10,643 bases of DNA from a virus. Taxonomy: Duplodnaviria > Heunggongvirae > Uroviricota > Caudoviricetes. Positions 6,466-10,643 of the stretch are shown here, piece by piece. Every line of letters begins with the position of its first letter. Within the stretch, counting starts at the first letter, position 1. The DNA lies in IMG/VR virus record IMGVR_UViG_2548876868_000025; one strand, 5' to 3'. The position numbers and the translations under genes were made by a program. The notes under the pieces were generated by a model, which saw nothing but the letters and a program-made list of their open reading frames with translations, was not told where the DNA came from and searched no databases.

Positions 6466-6761
6466 TTTTTACCCCTGAATCCGTTAATCATGGTTTTCAG
6501 CTTCTGGATGTTTGCCCGTGCCCTGGCGTTGCTGGTGGGCACGTTATGCGGCGCGGTCTGTACCAGAGAAAAATCACGCCGGAACTGATAAACAGGCATC
6601 ACGCAATCATATTCGTAACCTTCACGGCGGTAAGTTACGCACCGTCCCGCCACGCCCTTAATCATTACCGTGCCGCCGTACTGGTCGCGGTAAATATCAC
6701 CGCGCGTAAATTTAGGGTGAGTGTTGCCACTGGCAGTTAAGCCAGAATATTTAAGTTTCAT
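6462..6761 (-). CDS. hypothetical protein (99 aa), coupled to the replicase gene
   Basis: ATG at 6761; stop overlaps the replicase start (ATGA). Beta-rich-looking sequence; no family recognised. Confidence 0.55.
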   Translation of the reverse strand: MKLKYSGLTASGNTHPKFTRGDIYRDQYGGTVMIKGVAGRCVTYRREGYEYDCVMPVYQFRRDFSLVQTAPHNVPTSNARARANIQKLKTMINGFRGKK

Positions 6762-6766
6762 TATTT

Positions 6767-7000
6767 TTATTCTCCGGTGTGCTGTTCTTTATATCTGTCG
6801 TGCAATAGATCTATTTCTTGCAGTTCCATTATTACAGGCTCAAGTAGAGTTATTAATGCCGTGGCAATCCGTGATTTTTGTTTGTCTCGTTCATTATCGC
6901 CAAGCGTTTCAAGCCATATGCGCAACATTTCCATCATGATTTCACTGTGAGAAAGTGCAAGAAATGCGCGGTCTATTGTTTCGAGGTAAATATCACGCAT
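6767..7000 (-). CDS. hypothetical protein (77 aa)
   Basis: ATG at 7000 (MRDIYLETIDRAF...), preferred over the TTG at 7039 given in the ORF track. Helical-looking; no family recognised. Confidence 0.45.
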   Translation of the reverse strand: MRDIYLETIDRAFLALSHSEIMMEMLRIWLETLGDNERDKQKSRIATALITLLEPVIMELQEIDLLHDRYKEQHTGE

Positions 7001-7001
7001 A

Positions 7002-7151
7002 TTAATTACCGTCCGTTGTTTTATTTTCTTTCGTGCCAAGTAAGAAAAAGGCCGCTCTTATCAGTTCGGATATTGCAGAAAGCGCATCAGCCGCATCATC
7101 AGATACGCCGGAAAATTCCTGTTTCAGGGAATTAAAACGATCATCACGCAT
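7002..7151 (-). CDS. hypothetical small protein (49 aa)
   Basis: ATG at 7151 overlaps the upstream stop (ATGCGTGA); its stop lies 1 nt before the next ATG. The longer version from 7199 would overlap the upstream gene by 56 nt. Could be non-coding. Confidence 0.3.
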   Translation of the reverse strand: MRDDRFNSLKQEFSGVSDDAADALSAISELIRAAFFLLGTKENKTTDGN

Positions 7152-7365
7152 AACCCCCCCCATTTTCACAATCAGCAATAAGAATATTTTTAGCGTCATT
7201 CAGCGACCGCGTGGCGGTGTATCGGATACATTCCAGGGCGAACAATGTGTATTCTTCCCGTTCTTCCTTTTGTGCAAGCCCTGCTGTGCATTCAATATCA
7301 ATAAGTGCGTGCATCAGCGTAGTGAGCGCGGCGGCTGCTGCGTCCGGTGTGGTTTTATTGTGCAT
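7144..7365 (-). CDS. hypothetical protein (73 aa)
   Basis: ATG at 7365 with AGGGGA 7 nt upstream; overlaps the last codons of the Icd-like gene B. No family recognised. Confidence 0.45.
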   Translation of the reverse strand: MHNKTTPDAAAAALTTLMHALIDIECTAGLAQKEEREEYTLFALECIRYTATRSLNDAKNILIADCENGGGYA

Positions 7366-7528
7366 AGGTTTTCCCCTGACGAATACGGGCGACAAAAATC
7401 AGATGTGCGTGCGGCAACCTGGCGCGGGCTTCGCGTTCAGTGGCTGCGGTAACGGTGTAAATATCAATGCTGCTGTGGTGGCACTGCATAAAGCGCCAGA
7501 CAAAGTAAGGGCGTGCGAATACAGCCAT
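7355..7528 (-). CDS. Icd-like small protein, copy B (57 aa)
   Basis: ATG at 7528 with GGAG 8 nt upstream. FVWRF...TEREARARLP...FVARIRQG pattern, paralogous to copy A; TEREAR motif recalled as typical of P4-type Icd-like proteins. A longer in-frame reading from 7822 cannot be excluded. Confidence 0.55.
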   Translation of the reverse strand: MAVFARPYFVWRFMQCHHSSIDIYTVTAATEREARARLPHAHLIFVARIRQGKTYAQ

Positions 7529-7814
7529 GTGAAAGGCTCCCAGATGAAATTTAAGGAGTCTCGCTACTACGCTGTCAAACATGGTGGCGAGACGTAACAG
7601 GGTTGACAGACTGGTCATCTGGAAACCAGCGAGCGCAAAGGCTCCCCCGTTACGCCCCGCCATAATGCGGGTATGGGTAGGTTTACGGACACAAAAAAAC
7701 CGCTTATCGGATATGGGCGGCTGTCCGCCAGATGTATTCAGGCTGTCAAACCCGGTCGCCATGTGGGCGACGGGTGAAGCATACAGCCCCGTGATAATTT
7801 TTTGCAAGCGGTTT

Positions 7815-8012
7815 TTACGCATGATGTGACCCCTGACGAATACGAGCGGCAAATACAGCAACACAACCTGACGGGCAACGGCTACGCGCTTCGCGTTCCG
7901 TCCAGGCGGTTACGTGGATGATTTGAGATTCTCCGGCACTCAGGGCCAGAAAACGCCACACAAAGGCCGTTTGTGTGTGTACAAGGTGTGGTATATGATT
8001 TACGGCAACCAT
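7815..8012 (-). CDS. Icd-like small protein, copy A (65 aa)
   Basis: ATG at 8012 with GGAG 4 nt upstream. MVAVNHIPHLVHTQTAFVWRFLALS...WTEREARSRCP...VFAARIRQG aligns with copy B. Confidence 0.6.
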   Translation of the reverse strand: MVAVNHIPHLVHTQTAFVWRFLALSAGESQIIHVTAWTEREARSRCPSGCVAVFAARIRQGSHHA

Positions 8013-8141
8013 AACGGCTCCTAGTTTACGTTGTTGGTTAGAAGCCCCGTTACTGCTCCTACAGTGCGGGGCTTTGCTTTTTGTGTTGATTGTGTGTAAT
8101 GTGTCATTACACATAAATACATTACATGAGGTGTAATTAAC
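8013..8141. promoter_or_regulatory. Divergent control region between the Icd-like operon and the RHH gene, with operator-like inverted repeats and a hairpin
   Basis: Inverted repeats GTGTAATG-tgt-CATTACAC (8094-8112) and ATTACA-tgagg-TGTAAT (8121-8138, overlapping the RHH SD). GC hairpin GCCCCG...CGGGGC (8044-8072) followed by a T-rich tract on the plus strand. Confidence 0.5.
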
Positions 8142-8321
8142 GTGTCAACACACAAAAACGAAAGGCGTGGTAATCCTCCGTTCCAGTTCCGTTTAGATCC
8201 TGACTTACGGGAAAAGATGGAAAAGGCACAACAACAGGACGGCGATGATTCTCTTGCTGCCTGGATAAAGCGAATAATCCGCAAAGAATTACAGCAACGC
8301 GGCATAGAACCCAAAGGATAA
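8142..8321 (+). CDS. Arc/ribbon-helix-helix family DNA-binding protein (candidate repressor)
   Basis: 59 aa, GTG start with GAGG 10 nt upstream. PPFQFRLDPDLREKMEKAQQQDGDDSLAAWIKRIIRKEL fits the RHH beta-strand/helix/helix pattern. Not in the ORF track (below its length cutoff). It is the only convincing plus-strand gene. Confidence 0.7.
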   Translation: MSTHKNERRGNPPFQFRLDPDLREKMEKAQQQDGDDSLAAWIKRIIRKELQQRGIEPKG

Positions 8322-8644
8322 AAACTATCAGCGCCGTGGTGTGAGGAACTCCGGCGCATTGCTTTACAGGCGCACACAATGACCAACGAAGAATCAACCA
8401 AAAAAACATCACCTGCACGAAAAAGACGACGCAGAAAGAAAGAGCATGAATCAGAACGATTCGCGCCGTGTTCTTTTGCCCTTGAGAAGTACCTTAAAGA
8501 ATACTCATCAAAGGAGAGAGCTTCGCAGTTATGGAAACGCACTGAAACAGACTGATAGCATTGCCCACCAGCCTGATAGCGGCTATCATGCCCTGGCTTA
8601 TGTTTGTTGACACATAATGCGCAGCGGGTTAATTGTTCAGAAAG

Positions 8645-8671
8645 GCGGCTCCATATCGGGGCCGCTTTTTT
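8645..8671 (+). terminator. rho-independent terminator oriented on the plus strand, ending the RHH transcription unit
   Basis: 8-bp GC-rich stem (8645-8652 paired with 8658-8665, one G-U pair), 5-nt loop, then 6 T (8666-8671). The minus-strand tail is weaker (CTTTCTG). Confidence 0.65.
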
Positions 8672-8697
8672 CGTGTTCGTCATATGAGATACACCCG

Positions 8698-8904
8698 TTA
8701 AGCAGCCGTTACGCGCGCTTCCTGTTCGCGTTCTTTCATCCAGGCGATTACGTCATCCTCATACCATCCCCGACGGCGTAAACCAACACGAAAACCCTGC
8801 GGGAATTCTCCGGCGTTGATCATGCTTTGCAGCGTGCTGTCTGCCTTGATGTGGATAAGTTTTTTTACTTCCTGGCGAAAGATGACTTTTTTGATTGCTT
8901 CCAT
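8698..8904 (-). CDS. alpA: AlpA-family transcriptional regulator / excisionase-like protein
   Basis: 68 aa. ...STLQSMINAGEFPQGFRVGLRRRGWYEDDVIAWMKERE fits the AlpA/Vis pattern (HTH, G-FP, conserved W, C-terminal W). AAGG SD upstream. Located just downstream of int, as in P4-like and PICI elements. Confidence 0.85.
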   Translation of the reverse strand: MEAIKKVIFRQEVKKLIHIKADSTLQSMINAGEFPQGFRVGLRRRGWYEDDVIAWMKEREQEARVTAA

Positions 8905-8981
8905 CGTGATTTACCTTGTGAATCCGGTGTATTCCGGTGACAAATACGGTAAATCATCGAATATGGGTAAAAACAGTTCCC

Positions 8982-9008
8982 ACCGTTTTTAAACGGTTAT
9001 AACCGTTT
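8982..9008. promoter_or_regulatory. Palindromic operator-like site upstream of alpA
   Basis: Perfect 16-bp palindrome AACGGTTATAACCGTT (8992-9007) overlapping an ACCGTTT-tt-AAACGGT inverted repeat (8982-8997); three ACCGTT-type half-sites about 90 bp upstream of the alpA start. Confidence 0.4.
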
Positions 9009-9037
9009 TTTATGTTGATGATTTGAAAGGGAATTAT

Positions 9038-9060
9038 AAAAAAAGCGGCATTTCTGCCGC
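9038..9060 (-). terminator. rho-independent terminator downstream of int and the 76-aa ORF
   Basis: Hairpin GCGGCAtttcTGCCGC (9045-9060) followed on the minus strand by a 7-U run (9038-9044). Confidence 0.65.
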
Positions 9061-9072
9061 TTTCAGGGAGTG

Positions 9073-9303
9073 TTAACGCCACTTTCTTGGCCTGCCTCCG
9101 GTTTTCATGGATGCCGGACGTACTACCCTATCAATACTTACCGCCAGATTTCTGGAAGCCCCGCGGGATACCAGAAAATCTACTACCTGTTTTTTTGATG
9201 GGGCTGTCGTTCTGTCCTCCGGATCGTAGGTTGACCAAAATTCATGCTGAACCATCAGGGCCAGTTGCAGCCCGTCGCAATTGCATCTGATATTTTTTTG
9301 CAT
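9073..9303 (-). CDS. hypothetical protein (76 aa), doubtful
   Basis: ORF between int and alpA with a terminator 12 nt after its stop, but no convincing SD and an unconvincing composition. Could be non-coding 3' region of int. Confidence 0.25.
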   Translation of the reverse strand: MQKNIRCNCDGLQLALMVQHEFWSTYDPEDRTTAPSKKQVVDFLVSRGASRNLAVSIDRVVRPASMKTGGRPRKWR

Positions 9304-9401
9304 CTTAACGGTTTCATGTTTCGCGGCCTTGTCGTTAAATTTGGTGCAATTATACGACGGTTTTGCATGGTTTTCGTAGTTTTTACTGGTTTTCTGTACA
9401 G

Positions 9402-10643
9402 CTACACGGCCCGAATACCCCTTTTACCACTGGCAAGGGTTACGCCCGTTGCCGCCGCCTCGACAAATTCGCCCCACCAGCGCATAAGCACAATGCGTTT
9501 TTCTATGTAGTTGCTCCGGTTGTATGCCCGTCTCACTTCGTTGGTGTCCACGTGGGCTAGTGCGGCCTCGATTACGTCCGGCTCAAATCCTTCTTCGTTC
9601 GCTGCGGTGCTGAATATGGCGCGCATACCGTGAGAAACCAGAATCCCGCCAAACCCCATCCGCCGCAATGCTGCGTTTGCGGTCTGGCTGTTCATAGGCT
9701 GCCGTGGGTCTTTCAGGCTCGGGAAAACATAATCGCGGTGGTGGCTGATTGGTTTCATGGCCTCCAGTACCGCCATGGCCTGACTACAAAGCGGGATAAC
9801 GTGATCACGCCGCATCTTCATGCGTCCGGCGGGTATCGTCCATTGTTGCGCGTCCAGGTCGATTTCTTCCCAGCGTGCTGACGATGCTTCAACCGGACGG
9901 GTTACAGTCAGTAACTGCCATTCAATCAGTAATCTGGTCTGCCGTTCTGTTGCCGATACTGATAAAGCCTGCATAAGCTCCGGCAACTGTTCGGGGCGGA
10001 TTGTTGGCATATGTTTTTTTACAGGGGAGGGGAACGCCTTACGCACATTCATAGCCGGATTGGTATCAATCAGCCCACTGTTGGCGGCGTAATCCATTAC
10101 CTCATTAATTCGCTGCAAAACCCGCTTTAGTGTTTCCAGGTTGCCACGTTCCTTGATGGGGGTAAGCACCTCAACGAACCTGCGAGCGGTCAGGGTGTCT
10201 ATTGGCGTGTTGCCGATGAACGGGAATACATATTTTTCCAGCGAACGCCAGATGTCTTTAATCGTGTTGGGGGCCAGATTCTGGCTGATTTTCACCTGGT
10301 ACCATGCCGCCGCCACATTTTCGAACGTGTTCCCTTGTCTTCGGGCCTCTGTCTCTCTTTTTTGCCTCTCGTGGTCCTGCGGGTCAGTTCCGGCACTGAT
10401 TAACGTCCTGTACTCGCTACGGCGTTTTCTGGCATCAGCCAGGGAAACATCTTCAAGCGATCCAAAACTCAGCAATATTCTTTTTTTGTCCGATGGTCGG
10501 TAGTAGGAAAATCTCCAGAGTTTTGATCCAGACGGTTTGACCAAGAGAAAAAGCCCTCCGCCGTCCTGCAGGGTGTACTCCTTTTGCGCTGGTCTGGCTG
10601 CTTTGATCTGCACTGTGGTTAATGGGTGTGTTTTTCTCGCCAT
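9402..10643 (-). CDS. int: tyrosine site-specific integrase, P4 family
   Basis: 413 aa. N-terminal arm-type DNA-binding region (LTTVQIKAARPAQKEYTLQDGGGLFLLVKPSGSKLWRFSYY) and C-terminal catalytic region with HGMRAIFST (H-x-x-R) and a tyrosine in RRAYNRSNY. The start codon is the last three bases of the window. Confidence 0.95.
   Translation of the reverse strand: MARKTHPLTTVQIKAARPAQKEYTLQDGGGLFLLVKPSGSKLWRFSYYRPSDKKRILLSFGSLEDVSLADARKRRSEYRTLISAGTDPQDHERQKRETEARRQGNTFENVAAAWYQVKISQNLAPNTIKDIWRSLEKYVFPFIGNTPIDTLTARRFVEVLTPIKERGNLETLKRVLQRINEVMDYAANSGLIDTNPAMNVRKAFPSPVKKHMPTIRPEQLPELMQALSVSATERQTRLLIEWQLLTVTRPVEASSARWEEIDLDAQQWTIPAGRMKMRRDHVIPLCSQAMAVLEAMKPISHHRDYVFPSLKDPRQPMNSQTANAALRRMGFGGILVSHGMRAIFSTAANEEGFEPDVIEAALAHVDTNEVRRAYNRSNYIEKRIVLMRWWGEFVEAAATGVTLASGKRGIRAV

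Larger units (their letters stand above)
1..10643 (-). mobile_element. Segment of an integrated phage-satellite-like element (integrase/AlpA/replicase backbone plus lambdoid cos, terS and capsid genes); element boundaries lie outside the window
   Basis: Co-oriented minus-strand gene chain from a P4-type integrase to capsid and terS genes; lambda-type cos present; no terL, portal, protease or tail genes. The integrase start is at the last base of the window, so att and any tRNA would lie beyond 10643. Confidence 0.65.

Noticed and set aside
6767-7039. 90-aa version of the small gene starting at 7039
   Set aside because: That start is TTG and would overlap the preceding 49-aa ORF by 38 nt. The ATG at 7000, which follows the upstream stop by 1 nt, is preferred.
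7355-7864. 169-aa ORF fusing the spacer to Icd-like copy B, as given in the ORF track
   Set aside because: Its start at 7864 overlaps copy A, whereas the internal ATG at 7528 has a GGAG SD and aligns with the copy-A start. It is treated as a 57-aa gene, with a longer form from 7822 kept as an open question.
8021-8683. 220-aa minus-strand ORF spanning the alpA-icd intergenic region
   Set aside because: It is antisense to the well-supported RHH gene, is Cys/Ser/Arg-rich with no domain-like pattern, and the region contains a plus-oriented terminator and operator repeats. It is most likely a spurious open frame.
9087-9560. Plus-strand ORFs between alpA and int (9087-9290, 9244-9510, 9363-9560)
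   Set aside because: They overlap the int 3' end or the terminator region, lack SD sequences and have unconvincing composition. They are likely non-coding.

Overview
Almost all convincing coding capacity is on the minus strand, and the window reads as part of an integrated phage-satellite-like element rather than ordinary chromosome or a complete prophage. Reading right to left: a complete P4-family tyrosine integrase (9402-10643), an AlpA-family regulator (8698-8904), one plus-strand Arc/ribbon-helix-helix-type gene (8142-8321) in a divergent control region with operator-like inverted repeats, two tandem paralogous Icd-like small genes, a chain of four overlapping small genes of unknown function, a replicase with a RecA-like ATPase core (5068-6465) followed by a 9-bp iteron array (candidate origin), a small-gene/SSB/small-gene set, and a 74-aa gene insulated by terminators. 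The left third is a morphogenesis and packaging block: a 68-aa protein, a lambda gpE-like major capsid protein, a gpD-like decoration protein, a 137-aa unknown, and a lambda Nu1-like terminase small subunit. That terS gene is flanked by two convergent lambda-type cos sites (cosN GGGCGGCGACCT at 347-358 on the plus strand and 1214-1225 on the minus strand). No terminase large subunit, portal, protease, tail genes, tRNA or CRISPR array is present in the window. All functional calls rest on motif recognition and comparison with reference sequences recalled from memory (lambda Nu1, gpE, gpD, left-end cos, E. coli SSB); no database search was run, so family names are hypotheses to confirm by HMM or BLAST.
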